A stretch of DNA of 64,000 bases from Verrucomicrobiota bacterium (GTDB taxonomy: Bacteria > Verrucomicrobiota > Verrucomicrobiia > Limisphaerales > Palsa-1400). Both the position numbers and the translations under genes were made by a program. Each line of letters begins with the position of its first letter. Position 1 is the first letter of the stretch. Below are positions 11,701 to 28,589 of the stretch, in pieces. The notes beneath the pieces are model-generated. The model worked only from the letters and a program-made list of their open reading frames with translations, was not told the origin of the DNA and made no database searches. The stretch lies in the NCBI GenBank assembly GCA_049510745.1, contig JBEKYR010000014.1, positions 50,669 through 114,668 of the forward strand, given 5' to 3'.

Positions 11701-11926
11701 TCATGTCGTCCACCCCGCTCATTTGCTCCTCGATGGGCGTGGAGATGGACTGCTGGACCGTCTCGGCATCGGCGCCGACAAACGTGGTTTGAATGCGAAT
11801 CTCCGGCGGGACGACCTTGGGAAACTTCGATATGGGCAGCGTGGCCATCGACACCAAACCGGTCAACACCATGAGAATGGCGATGACCATGGCCACGATG
11901 GGGCGGTTGATGAAAAAACGGTACAT
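8780..11926 (-). CDS. RND efflux permease (AcrB/HAE1 family)
   Basis: Start reassigned to MYRFFINRP. Motifs GLVVDDAIIVVE, GLSAKNAILIVEFA, RLRPILMTS. Confidence 0.95.
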   Translation of the reverse strand: MYRFFINRPIVAMVIAILMVLTGLVSMATLPISKFPKVVPPEIRIQTTFVGADAETVQQSISTPIEEQMSGVDDMNYMYSINANNGVMRMVVNFDVKTDPNIDQMLTQLREAQAGPQLPAAVQNYGVSILKSPTTPMLLVALYSPEGTYDATFLANYAYINLVDQITRVKGISNINVFGAGQYAMRFWVKPDQLAKLNLTVSDVINAVGSQNTVNPVGQIGGPPSMASQEFTYAATAQGRLVTPEQFGDIVVRENSDGSVVRLKDVARIELGAQLYSIVGRFNGRPAAVMAIYQLPGSNALDAANGVKDLLQELKKQFPRDLDYAVSLDTTLAVSRGIEEIMTTLWEAMLLVILVVYIFLQGWRATLIPMLAVPVSLIGTFTLFPVFGFSINTLSLFGLVLAIGLVVDDAIIVVEAVERHIEEGMTPKDAAFKAMSEVSGPVVAIAMILTAVFVPTIFIPGITGRLYQQFALTIAISVIFSAFNALSLSPALSALILKPRGQTHSPLTWFFDWFNRVFGRARHGYVHWSDLLIRRSVLSLVLLAGVALLAVLAGYKLPSSFLPEEDQGYMYINVQLPNAAAMPRTDAVCKKIETILKQIPGIKYYSTVLGFSLLSQAQTTYNALFFVTLQPWDKRTAAADQFDAIRARINDELAALPEARAFAFPPPAIPGVGTAGGFTFILEDRLGKDPAFLTENLGKFMEAAAKRPELSGLSTSYLPSVPQVFIDVDRDKALKQGVDLGEVYQTLQTFLGGYFVNYFNRFGRQWQVYVEAEDLYRSSADNLGLFYVRNRRGQSVPLSALVTVKHRTGPEFVMHYNEYRCAQINGNAARGYSSDQATKALEAVFAQTMPGGMGYDYFGMSFQEQQAAQGVPRAAVFGLSLVFVFLILAALYESWSLPFSVLISTPVAVLGAFLAMWARRFQNNVFQNNVYVQIGLIVLIGLSAKNAILIVEFAKREVERGKSLAEAALTGARIRLRPILMTSFAFVFGCLPLWFATGSGGISRETLGTVVIGGMLGSTLLGIFIIPVNYYVVERLSRRAGKKEAEKT

Positions 11927-11951
11927 CGCGCCAGGATTTAAACGGCCCGTT

Positions 11952-13121
11952 TCATTCGTGTCTGGCCCCGGCCGGCGCGGGTTTGGGCGGCGTTTCGGGC
12001 GGCGCAACGGCGAACGGTTCCGGGTCCACCACCGTGCCCTCCCTGACCTTTTGCGTCCCTTCCACAATGACCCGCTCGCCGGGTTCCAACCCCTTTTCGA
12101 TCAGCCACTCCGTACCTATCTGCTGGCCTACTTTCACGGTTTTGACATGCGCCTTGTTCTGCGCGTCCACCGTCGCCACCTGGCAGGCGCCCTGCAACTC
12201 CATCACGGCCCGTTGCGGCACGAGCAACGCCCCGTGGCGCGTTTCTGTTTTGGCCCGCACCAGCGCGTACTGGCCGGGCCGCAACTCGTCCTCCGGGTTG
12301 GCGAAGGCCGCCCCCACTTGCAGCGTCCCCGTGGTGACATCGACCTGCCGGCCGGTAAACACCCACTTGCCGCGCCGGGGATAAACCGAGCCGTCGGAGA
12401 GGACCAGCTCCAGCTCCATTTCCGCCTCGTGCGCCGCCCGCTCCCCGCTGGTGGCGTACTGCCGGAAGTGCGTCAAGTAGAATTGCTCGTTGATGCTGAA
12501 ATAGACCCGGATGGGATCGACCGTCGAGACCGTCGTCAGCACGCTCCCGTTGGGGCCGGCCAGGTCGCCGATCTGCGCCAGCGCCGTGCCCGCGATGCCG
12601 TCCACCGGCGAGGTGATTCTGGTGAAATCCAGATTCATCCGCGCGTTCTCGACCGCCGCCTTGTCGGCCTCGACCGCCGCCTTGGCCATGAGATTGGATT
12701 GGACGGCGTCGTCCAATTCCTGCTGGCTGATGGCCTGCTCTTTGGCCAGCGGCGTGTAGCGTTTGACATCCAACTCCGTCTTGCCCAGCAGGGCCTGGTC
12801 TTGCGTCAGCTTGGCGGCGGCCTGGTTGAGCAGGGCTTGAAACGGGCGCGGATCAATCTCGAAGAGCAGGTCGCCCTGCTTGACTTTGCCGCCCTCGACA
12901 TAATCCTGCTTCATCAAATAACCGGTGACTTGGGCGCGAATTTCGGCGTTGGGATAGCCGTCGGAAGTGCCGATCCACTGCTGAAAGACCGGCACATCGC
13001 GCGGGGCGATGGTCAAGACCTGCACCTTGGGGGGCGCTGGTTTGGGTGCCGGCTTCTGATCGCACGAAGTGCCCCACAACGGCAGGGCCGCCGCCGCCCA
13101 GAAAATCAATCGGTTCCTCAT
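11952..13121 (-). CDS. RND periplasmic adaptor (AcrA family lipoprotein)
   Basis: Lipobox GTSC; EIRAQVTGYL, LLFEIDPRPF, TRITSPVDG. First gene of the efflux triplet. Confidence 0.93.
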   Translation of the reverse strand: MRNRLIFWAAAALPLWGTSCDQKPAPKPAPPKVQVLTIAPRDVPVFQQWIGTSDGYPNAEIRAQVTGYLMKQDYVEGGKVKQGDLLFEIDPRPFQALLNQAAAKLTQDQALLGKTELDVKRYTPLAKEQAISQQELDDAVQSNLMAKAAVEADKAAVENARMNLDFTRITSPVDGIAGTALAQIGDLAGPNGSVLTTVSTVDPIRVYFSINEQFYLTHFRQYATSGERAAHEAEMELELVLSDGSVYPRRGKWVFTGRQVDVTTGTLQVGAAFANPEDELRPGQYALVRAKTETRHGALLVPQRAVMELQGACQVATVDAQNKAHVKTVKVGQQIGTEWLIEKGLEPGERVIVEGTQKVREGTVVDPEPFAVAPPETPPKPAPAGARHE

Positions 13122-13462
13122 TTGGTCAAAAGAGCGCTAAAAAGCACGCAAGGCGCAAGATGCCAGAAGATTTGCCCGGCGCAAGCATCTTCGTATCTTC
13201 TTATCGTGCAAGGGCTCCCGATGGCTGAAACGCGCGGGAATGCTCTCGGGTCACAATGGGCGGCGTGGTTTTGGACTTGTTTTCTGCCGGGAGCCTGGCC
13301 TCTCCCGCCCGCCCTGTCGATCAGCGCCTTCGGGCGGAATTATGAAATTTCTGCTTTGCCTGTGCGGCGCGCCTCCGCTACAGTGGTCTCCGGAATTCTT
13401 GTGGCCGGTGACAGAACAGTCGCGATCGAATGTTTTTGCGAGGAATGACCCAGACAACAAAC

Positions 13463-14254
13463 ATGAAGGCCCGGGCCGGCATTCTTTTGCTGGTCGTGGC
13501 CTTGTCGGCGGCGGGGGACGTCAATCCGGCGCCCGGGGTTTACCCCAGCGGGTTTAGCGTGGCGATCAAACTGGGTGGGGAATTGTACGAGGCCTTGCCG
13601 CCGAAGTTCGCCGACCAATTGAACGCCCAGACCATCACCCTCCAACCCCAGGATATGCCGCTGGTCAGCCCCATTGCCACCACCGAGGAGAACCGGGTCG
13701 TCCGGCAGGTGTCTCTCTCGGCGGGGCTGATCGACCTGCTCAATCACATCTGCCACGCCAAAGCCATCGACAGGGTTCAGCCCGGCTTTTTCGATCAGTA
13801 TGTCAAGAATCTGGCCCGGCTCAGCCCGGGCGACATCTTGGCGCCGCCCCCCATCGTCGAGCCGCGCTTTTGGACCGAGGACATCATCAACGACCAACTG
13901 AGCTATTTCAACCAGATGATCGGCCTGTTGACGGCCATCAATTTAGCCCATCATTACCTGGGTCATTACGCCAAATACTCGGCCAAGATGACCGGGGCCG
14001 GCGGCCAGCTCACTCCCATCAATAATTTCCTGACGCCCGCCGAATGGGACGTGTCCGTCAAGGCGGGCGTGATCGATGCCCTCAACTGCGCCCTGGCCAC
14101 CGAAGGCCCCCGGGCGCTCTTTGATGCCGTTGACCGGATGCCCACCCGCCCGCCGTGGACGGCCTACATAATCCCGCAACAGACGGACATCAAAAAGCTC
14201 AACAAGCAACTGGTCCACTACGAGGACCTTTTTTTCCACGGAAAGTTGAACTGA
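13463..14254 (+). CDS. Exported hypothetical protein with weak resemblance to M48-like zinc peptidases; the HExxH motif is degenerate
   Basis: Signal-peptide-like MKARAGILLLVVALSAAG (alternative start 13445). VSLSAGLIDLL and INLAHHYLGH motifs. Codon usage matches the host. Confidence 0.6.
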   Translation: MKARAGILLLVVALSAAGDVNPAPGVYPSGFSVAIKLGGELYEALPPKFADQLNAQTITLQPQDMPLVSPIATTEENRVVRQVSLSAGLIDLLNHICHAKAIDRVQPGFFDQYVKNLARLSPGDILAPPPIVEPRFWTEDIINDQLSYFNQMIGLLTAINLAHHYLGHYAKYSAKMTGAGGQLTPINNFLTPAEWDVSVKAGVIDALNCALATEGPRALFDAVDRMPTRPPWTAYIIPQQTDIKKLNKQLVHYEDLFFHGKLN

Positions 14255-14259
14255 CCCGG

Positions 14260-15138
14260 CTAACCCATGGCCATGGCGGCGCTGCTGATTTCGAGCAGTT
14301 CCTTGGTGATGTTGGCCTGGCGCAGTTTGTTGTATTCCAGGGTGAGGTCCTTGATGAATTGCATGGCGTTGTCGGTCGCGTTTTTCATCGCCACCATGCG
14401 GGCGCTGTGCTCGCTGGCTTTGGCTTCGAGCAGAATCTGGTAAACCTGGAAATTCAAGCTGTGCGGCAGCAGCGCGCCCAGCACCTGCTCCTGGTTGGGT
14501 TCAAAGAGAAATTCGCCCGTGCCGGTCCCGACCGGATGGGCGCCCCCCGCCTTGGCCCCGACGCCCGCGGTGACATGCCGGATCTCGCCGATGGGCAGCA
14601 GTTGGCGCACTTCCGGTTTTTGGTTCAACGTCGAAATGAATCGGGTGAACAGAATATCGACCTGATCGGCCTCGCCTTCGAGATAGAGGTTCTGGGCGAA
14701 TTTGGAGATGGCGCGCGCCTCGCTGAAGAGCGGGGCGTCCTTGTAACTGAATTCGGCCACCAGCATCCGCCTGGTCCGGGCCAGGAATTGCGAGGCCTTC
14801 CGCCCGGCGGAGATGAATTTTGTCCCGGCCTCAAACTTGGCCGCTTCCCGCATCAGGCTGCTGTTCAACCCGCCGCACAGGCCCTTGTCGGTGCTGACGA
14901 CAATCACGCAACGCATCCCCCTCTCCCGCGGCTCGAGGAACGGATGGCTGAAATCCCTGGACTCGGACACGAGCGCGGCCAGCACCTCGTTCATCAGATT
15001 GGCGTAGGGCCGGCCCGCCAGCGCGGCCTGCTGGGCTTTGCGCATCTTCGAGGCCGCCACCATCTGCATCGCCTTGGTGATCTGCGCCGTGTTCTTGACG
15101 GACTTAATGCGGCGGCGGATGTCGCGTGTGCTGGGCAT
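14260..15138 (-). CDS. atpG: ATP synthase F1 gamma subunit
   Basis: IRRRIKSVKNTAQITKAMQMVAASK, DKGLCG, SEHSARMVAM, RQANITKEL. Confidence 0.97.
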   Translation of the reverse strand: MPSTRDIRRRIKSVKNTAQITKAMQMVAASKMRKAQQAALAGRPYANLMNEVLAALVSESRDFSHPFLEPRERGMRCVIVVSTDKGLCGGLNSSLMREAAKFEAGTKFISAGRKASQFLARTRRMLVAEFSYKDAPLFSEARAISKFAQNLYLEGEADQVDILFTRFISTLNQKPEVRQLLPIGEIRHVTAGVGAKAGGAHPVGTGTGEFLFEPNQEQVLGALLPHSLNFQVYQILLEAKASEHSARMVAMKNATDNAMQFIKDLTLEYNKLRQANITKELLEISSAAMAMG

Positions 15139-15143
15139 GGCGC

Positions 15144-16676
15144 TTACTTGTAGGTTTGCTTGAACTCGGCCACGGCGGCCTTCAACTCGGCGGCGCGGGC
15201 GTCGCTCAGGGCCTTTTCACCGCGGATTTTGTCCATCAACGCCGTTTTGCGGCTTGTCAAGTAATCGGTCAGCCTGCCCTGGAAATCCTTGATCTTGTCC
15301 ACCGCCACGTCGTCCATCAGCCCGTTCTGCACCGTCCAGAGGGCGGCGACCTGCACTTCGACCGGCATCGGATTGTATTGCGGCTGCTTGAAGACCTCGA
15401 CGATCCGCTTGCCGCGCTCCAATTGCGCCTGGGTTTTGGCATCCAGGTCCGAGCCGAATTGCGCGAAGGCCGCCAACTCGCGGAATTGCGCCAGGTCCAG
15501 CTTCACCCGCCCGGCCACTTGTTTCATCGCCTTGATCTGCGCCGCCGAACCGACGCGCGAGACGGACAACCCGACGGAAATGGCCGGGCGAATCCCCTGG
15601 TAGAACAGGTCCGTTTCCAGGTAAATCTGGCCGTCGGTGATGGAGATGACGTTGGTCGGAATGTAGGCGGAGACGTCGCCCGCCTGCGTTTCGATGATGG
15701 GCAGGCCGGTGAGCGAGCCGTTGCCGTATTCCTCGCTGACCCGCGCGGACCGTTCCAGCAAACGGCTGTGCAAATAGAACACGTCGCCGGGATAGGCCTC
15801 GCGGCCGGAGGGACGCTTGAGCACGAGCGAAACCTGGCGATAGGCCACCGCGTGCTTGGAAAGATCATCATAAATAATCAGCGCGTCCATCGCGTTGTCC
15901 ATGAACCATTCGCCCATGGCGCAGCCGGCAAAGGGCGCCAGGTACTGGTTGGTGGCCGAATCCGAGGCGCTGGCGCTGACGATGATCGTGTAAGGCATCG
16001 CCCCGGCTTCCTCCAGGACGGCAATGACGCGGGCCACGTTGGATTGCTTTTGGCCCACGGCCACATAAATGCAATAGAGCGGACGGTAGCTGGCGTCCTT
16101 GGCCTGCTCCGCCGCCCGGTTCAGGCGGGCCTGGCTGATAATAGTATCGACGCCGATCGTCGTCTTGCCGGTCGAGCGGTCGCCGATGATCAACTCGCGC
16201 TGGCCGCGGCCAATCGGAATCATCGCATCGACCGCCATGATGCCCGTCTGCACGGGCTGGCTGACCGGTTTGCGCTTGATGATGCCGGGGGCGATTTTTT
16301 CGACGGGATAGAACTTTTGCGTGTTGATCGGCCCCTTGCCGTCAAGCGGCTGGCCGAGGGCGTTGACGACGCGGCCCAGCAACGGCTTGCCGACGGGCAC
16401 TTGCAGCAATTTGCCGGTCGTCCGCACTTCCTGGCCTTCCTTGATGCCGGTGTAGTCGCCGAGGATGATCGCGCCGACCTCCGTTTCCTCCAGGTTCAAG
16501 GCCAGGCCGACGACGCCGTTGCCGAAGTCAAGCATTTCGTTGAGCATGGCGTCGGAGAGACCCTCGATCTTGGCCACGCCGTCGCCAATCTCGCGGACGG
16601 TGCCGACGTTTTGGCGGGTGACGCCGGTTTTCAGGCCCGCAATCTGGGCCTCAATCTCTTGCAACAATGTACTCAT
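15144..16676 (-). CDS. atpA: ATP synthase F1 alpha subunit
   Basis: [38 protein letters not shown]. Confidence 0.98.
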   Translation of the reverse strand: MSTLLQEIEAQIAGLKTGVTRQNVGTVREIGDGVAKIEGLSDAMLNEMLDFGNGVVGLALNLEETEVGAIILGDYTGIKEGQEVRTTGKLLQVPVGKPLLGRVVNALGQPLDGKGPINTQKFYPVEKIAPGIIKRKPVSQPVQTGIMAVDAMIPIGRGQRELIIGDRSTGKTTIGVDTIISQARLNRAAEQAKDASYRPLYCIYVAVGQKQSNVARVIAVLEEAGAMPYTIIVSASASDSATNQYLAPFAGCAMGEWFMDNAMDALIIYDDLSKHAVAYRQVSLVLKRPSGREAYPGDVFYLHSRLLERSARVSEEYGNGSLTGLPIIETQAGDVSAYIPTNVISITDGQIYLETDLFYQGIRPAISVGLSVSRVGSAAQIKAMKQVAGRVKLDLAQFRELAAFAQFGSDLDAKTQAQLERGKRIVEVFKQPQYNPMPVEVQVAALWTVQNGLMDDVAVDKIKDFQGRLTDYLTSRKTALMDKIRGEKALSDARAAELKAAVAEFKQTYK

Positions 16677-16690
16677 AGGCGGTTAAAGGT

Positions 16691-17083
16691 TTAGAAACTC
16701 TCCCGCAAGGCGGCCAGACGCCCTTGCACGCTGCCGTTGTAAACATCGCCCCCGACCTGGATGCGCACCCCGCCGATCAAGGCGGCGTTTGCCGAAAACG
16801 TGAAATTCAAGCCCGGACCGTATTTGCGGGTCAGGTCGCTTTGCATCCGCGCCTGCATTTCTGGCGGGAGCGGCGCGGCGCTTTCAACGCGGGCGGTGCG
16901 GCGGGCCACTTCGAGCCTGACCAACCGTTGAAAATGGGAAAGGAGGGCGACGTAACCGCGCGGCTTTTGCCGCACGACGGCGGCCACGGCCTGGCGCGCG
17001 CGGTTTTCATCCAGCGCGTCGGCGACCAGGCAGGCGCGAAACAATTGGCGGGCGTCGCGGCGGGTTTGTTTGGAGATTTTCAT
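16691..17083 (-). CDS. atpH: ATP synthase delta subunit (short form, 130 aa)
   Basis: Lies between atpF and atpA; C-terminal LIGGVRIQVGGDVYNGSV. Confidence 0.9.
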   Translation of the reverse strand: MKISKQTRRDARQLFRACLVADALDENRARQAVAAVVRQKPRGYVALLSHFQRLVRLEVARRTARVESAAPLPPEMQARMQSDLTRKYGPGLNFTFSANAALIGGVRIQVGGDVYNGSVQGRLAALRESF

Positions 17084-17101
17084 CCCGGTGAGATTCGCGG
17101 G

Positions 17102-17653
17102 TTACGCGGCCAATTGGCGGCGGGTTTCCTCGGCCAGCCGTTGCTGATCGTCGGCGGTGAGGACCTTGCCGCTGACGACGGCGGTGGTTTGCACGACGAG
17201 GGCGGCGACTTCGCGTTTGAGTTCGATGAGCATGCGCTGGCGTTCGAGAGTGGCGGCCTCGCGGGCTTTGCCGATGATTTGCTCGGCCTGGGCGATGGCC
17301 TTTTGCGTTTCCTGCTCCTGGACGCGGGCGGCGGCGGCGCGGGCTTCCTCAATGAGTTTGACCGCCTGGACATTGGCCTTTTCCAGGACCTCGCGCTGCA
17401 GGGCCTCGGTGCGGGCCAATTCCGCCTTGATCTGGTCGGCGTTGGCCAGGCCGTCGGCGATGCGCTGGCGGCGCTCGGCCAGGACGGTGAGGATGGGCCT
17501 GTAGGCAAATTTGACGAGAAGCAGGGCGACCACCGAAAAGCTGATGACTTGGGCGATGAAATGCGGCCAATCCAGCCCGAAGGTTTCCGCAGTGTCGCTG
17601 GCGGTCTTTGCCAGGTCGCTGCCGATGCTGCCGAAAAGAATCAAATGCGTCAT
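17102..17653 (-). CDS. atpF: ATP synthase F0 b subunit
   Basis: N-terminal TM, KFAYRPILTVLAERRQRI, Ala/Glu-rich coiled coil. Confidence 0.95.
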   Translation of the reverse strand: MTHLILFGSIGSDLAKTASDTAETFGLDWPHFIAQVISFSVVALLLVKFAYRPILTVLAERRQRIADGLANADQIKAELARTEALQREVLEKANVQAVKLIEEARAAAARVQEQETQKAIAQAEQIIGKAREAATLERQRMLIELKREVAALVVQTTAVVSGKVLTADDQQRLAEETRRQLAA

Positions 17654-17705
17654 AAATGGAGAGAAAGGCTGGCGCGGAGCACGCGGCTCCGCGCCATTTC
17701 ACTGA

Positions 17706-17918
17706 TTAATGCACCATGAAGATCGCGTAGAACACGATGGCCTCGGAGAGCGCCATGCCAAGAATGGCGATGGCGATCACTTTGCCGAACGCGCCGGGAT
17801 TGCGTCCCACCGCTTCGGAGGCCTTCATTCCCACCAATCCCACGCCAATGGCCGAACCCAGGCCGGCCAAGCCGACGTGGATGCTGCCTCCCATTTCTGC
17901 CAACATAGGCGTTGCCAT
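17706..17918 (-). CDS. atpE: ATP synthase F0 c subunit (probably H+-coupled)
   Basis: GxGxG helix, GRNP loop. The carboxylate in LSEAI is followed by Ala, not the Ser/Thr of Na+ types. Confidence 0.95.
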   Translation of the reverse strand: MATPMLAEMGGSIHVGLAGLGSAIGVGLVGMKASEAVGRNPGAFGKVIAIAILGMALSEAIVFYAIFMVH

Positions 17919-17999
17919 AATGACCTTTCTTTACTTGTTGCTTTTGTCTCCGGCGGCCCCCGCAATTGAATACGGTCCGGCCGCCGAAATTCTCAATTC

Positions 18000-18920
18000 C
18001 TAGTGATGCGCCTGGGCCTGCGCCTCGTCGTGCATGCAGATCACTCCCGTAAACACCGACGTCAAGAGCATGAACACGATGGCCTGGACAAAGCCGACGA
18101 GCAGTTCCAGCAAATAAAACGGAATCGGCAGCACCGCACTGAAGACCACCTTGGCCCAGGCCGGATGCTGGACGGTGTGCGACATGGCGTCCAACAGGTT
18201 TTCTCCCGCGAAAATGTTCCCGTAAAGACGGAAGCTGAGGGAAATCGGGCGAAAGGCGATGGACATGACTTCGACGAAACCGACCAGAAAGAACACCAGG
18301 ATCATGAAGTATTTGAGCACCCCCTGGCTGTCGCCCTTGGGGCCGAAGATGTGCAGCACAAAGCCGGCGATGCCGTTGGATTGCAGCGCCCAGATAAACC
18401 ACAGCACCATGAAAATCGCCGCCATGGCAAACGTCATGTTCAGGTCCGCGTTGCCCCCGCGGAGCAGCGGCCGGGTCACTTCAAATCCCTCCGCCGTCTG
18501 ATGCCCCCAGCCGATGGAGCCGACTCCCGGCAACAGCCCGAACCAGTTGGTGAAAAAAATGAAGATGAAAATCGTGGCAAAAAACCAGAACGTCTTCTTA
18601 ATCAGCTCCTCCCCGACAATTTCCCCCAGAAAATCATGCAGGCTTTCCACCAGGAATTCCCAAAAGTTTTGCGCCCCATCGGGAACGTCCTTCATCCGGC
18701 GGGTTGAAAACTGGGCAAAGACGATGACCCCGACGGCCACAATCCATGTCACGAGCATCGAGTCGGTTACGGGAAACGAACCGATATTGAAAATGGTCGG
18801 CGCCTTCGGCGGCAGCCCCGCCAGAGCCGGTTTGGCTTCGGCGGCGGACTGCGCCGGCAACGCCGCCAGCGGCGACGCCGCCAACACCAACAATAAAAAT
18901 GAAACGATAATCAGTCGCAT
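18000..18920 (-). CDS. atpB: ATP synthase F0 a subunit with a signal-like N-terminal extension
   Basis: FRPISLSFRLYGNIFAGE and ELLVGFVQAIVFMLL. Start reassigned to MRLIIVSF. Confidence 0.95.
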   Translation of the reverse strand: MRLIIVSFLLLVLAASPLAALPAQSAAEAKPALAGLPPKAPTIFNIGSFPVTDSMLVTWIVAVGVIVFAQFSTRRMKDVPDGAQNFWEFLVESLHDFLGEIVGEELIKKTFWFFATIFIFIFFTNWFGLLPGVGSIGWGHQTAEGFEVTRPLLRGGNADLNMTFAMAAIFMVLWFIWALQSNGIAGFVLHIFGPKGDSQGVLKYFMILVFFLVGFVEVMSIAFRPISLSFRLYGNIFAGENLLDAMSHTVQHPAWAKVVFSAVLPIPFYLLELLVGFVQAIVFMLLTSVFTGVICMHDEAQAQAHH

Positions 18921-19005
18921 CGGACGTGATAAAACCACGGAAAAACGCCGCTTCCGCCAGAGGAAAAACCGCTTCTCCGGCTGAAGCGGGCAAAAAGTTG
19001 CCTCA

Positions 19006-19023
19006 TCGTGAAATTTTTCACAA
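19006..19023. promoter_or_regulatory. Putative Rex operator upstream of the atp operon
   Basis: TCGTGAAATTTTTCACAA has one mismatch to TTGTGAAnnnnTTCACAA and lies about 85 bp before the atpB start. Confidence 0.65.
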
Positions 19024-19049
19024 GCGTTTTTTTGAAGGACTCTGAACAG

Positions 19050-19304
19050 CAGGCGCATCTCAGGCGCCATTTGGTCAACAGAGTGAGGGCATCGCCATGG
19101 ATTTTGGCGAATTCAAAGTTGAGACTCCCCGCATTGAAAGCCGCAATGCGGGGAGTCTAATTTCAAATCTCCCTTCTGTCGAGAAAAATCTGGAATCCGG
19201 GCGGGCCAACGGGCCTATCTCGGTTTTTGGACCTCCTGCAACCATGTCCGATCCCTGCCAAAAACTTCCGTCGCCAAAGGCGACTGATTTCCTGAGATGC
19301 GCGC
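19050..19304. mobile_element. MITE-like non-autonomous element, copy A
   Basis: Inverted ends GCGCATCTCAGG / CCTGAGATGCGC. Flanking 8-bp direct repeat CTGAACAG (19042-19049, 19305-19312). Internal perfect 15-bp stem. Its modules recur at about 35750 and about 48320. Confidence 0.75.
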
Positions 19305-19312
19305 CTGAACAG

Positions 19313-19948
19313 TCAGGCCGTGCCGAAGAGCCGGTCGCCGGCGTCGCCCAGGCCCGGCAGGATGTAACCCCTCTTGTTCAGGCGCCGGTCAATGGCGGCG
19401 GTGTAAATGGCCAGATGCGGGAACTTCTCGTGGACGCGCCGTATCCCCTCCGGGGCGGCCAGGAGGCTCAAGAGCTTGACGCGCTTGGCCCCGTGCCGCG
19501 CCAGCAGGTCCATCGCCGCAACGACGGTGCCTCCGGTGGCCAGCATCGGGTCGATCAGCACCACCTCGCGGCGGGCAAGGTTCTTGGGGAAATTCTCGTA
19601 GTAGAAATGCGGCTCCAATGTCTTCTCGTCGCGCTTCAGGCCGATGAACCCCACCTGCGCGCGGGGAAAGATGCTGAGGATGGAATTGAGCATGCCCAGG
19701 CCGGCGCGCAAGACGGGGATGAGCACCACCTGGCGCCGCAACCGGGTGCCGCGGGTCGCTTCCAGCGGCGTTTGCACTTCCACCTGGACGGTTTGGAAGC
19801 TGCGCGCGATTTCGTAGGACATGAGGAGGGAAATTTCACCCAGCAGGCGGCGGAATTCCAGGAGGCCGGTGTGCCGGTCGCGCAGGCAGGTGAGGTTGTG
19901 CCTGACCAGCGGGTGGTCCACCACGACGACGTTTTGCACGGGTTCCAT
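19313..19948 (-). CDS. upp: Uracil phosphoribosyltransferase
   Basis: DHPL, PVLRAGLGM, LIDPMLATGG, GYILPGLGDAGDRLFGT. The true start may be GTG at 19939. Confidence 0.96.
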   Translation of the reverse strand: MEPVQNVVVVDHPLVRHNLTCLRDRHTGLLEFRRLLGEISLLMSYEIARSFQTVQVEVQTPLEATRGTRLRRQVVLIPVLRAGLGMLNSILSIFPRAQVGFIGLKRDEKTLEPHFYYENFPKNLARREVVLIDPMLATGGTVVAAMDLLARHGAKRVKLLSLLAAPEGIRRVHEKFPHLAIYTAAIDRRLNKRGYILPGLGDAGDRLFGTA

Positions 19949-19950
19949 TT

Positions 19951-19983
19951 AAAAAATGGCCGGCGGAGTGCGCCGGCCATTTT
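19951..19983 (-). terminator. Intrinsic terminator after rpoC
   Basis: AAAATGGCCGGCG-loop-CGCCGGCCATTTTTT on the minus strand. Confidence 0.75.
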
Positions 19984-20007
19984 CGCGGTTAAACATCTGC
20001 CGGCCCC

Positions 20008-24138
<4,131 letters not shown>

Positions 24139-24181
24139 TTTGCTTTATGCCGTATGGGAAAGGTGTCCAAGGTTGTTGCGA

Positions 24182-28000
<3,819 letters not shown>

Positions 28001-28202
28001 GATAACCTCGGGTCATTCTCTGGCGGCGGCCAGATTCTTGTTTAGCTGCAACGACAAAAGGCCCGTTCCCTGGCATGTGGAAAACGCGCCGGTTCAATAA
28101 TCCTTTTGCTGAAACGATAATGCTCGTTTTAGAAATCGCTCTTGTGACGGTTCAATTTGAGCGGCGGCGAAAGACACACCGCCGCTCAAATATACACCGT
28201 TC

Positions 28203-28589
28203 CTATTTAATTTCAACTTTGGCGCCCGCCTCTTCCAATTTCTTCTTGGCGGCGTCGGCGTCGGCCTTGTTGGCCCCTTCCAGCACCGGTTTGGGCGCTC
28301 CCTCGACCAGCGCTTTGGCATCGGCCAGGCCCAGGCCCGCTTTGATTTCCCGCACCGCCTTGATCGCGGCTATCTTCTTTTCCGCTGGCACCGAGGCCAG
28401 AATGACGTCGAAGATCGTTTTCACTTCGGCGACCGGCGCGGCAGGCCCTCCGGCGGCGCCCGGCGCGGCGACGGCGACCGGCGCGGCGGCGGTGACGCCC
28501 CAGGCCTTTTCCAGTTGTTTGACCAGGTCGGCGGCTTCCAACACCGTCAACTTGCCCAGTTCTTCCACTAATGCTGCTATGTCAGCCAT
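28203..28589 (-). CDS. rplL: 50S ribosomal protein bL12 (L7/L12)
   Basis: [42 protein letters not shown]. Confidence 0.97.
   Translation of the reverse strand: MADIAALVEELGKLTVLEAADLVKQLEKAWGVTAAAPVAVAAPGAAGGPAAPVAEVKTIFDVILASVPAEKKIAAIKAVREIKAGLGLADAKALVEGAPKPVLEGANKADADAAKKKLEEAGAKVEIK

Noticed and set aside
28154..28193. Hairpin TTTGAGCGGCGG...CCGCCGCTCAAA after rplL as a terminator
   Set aside because: The stem is strong but has no U-tract on the coding strand. Hairpins or attenuators between rplL and rpoB are already known, so it is not reported as a finding.
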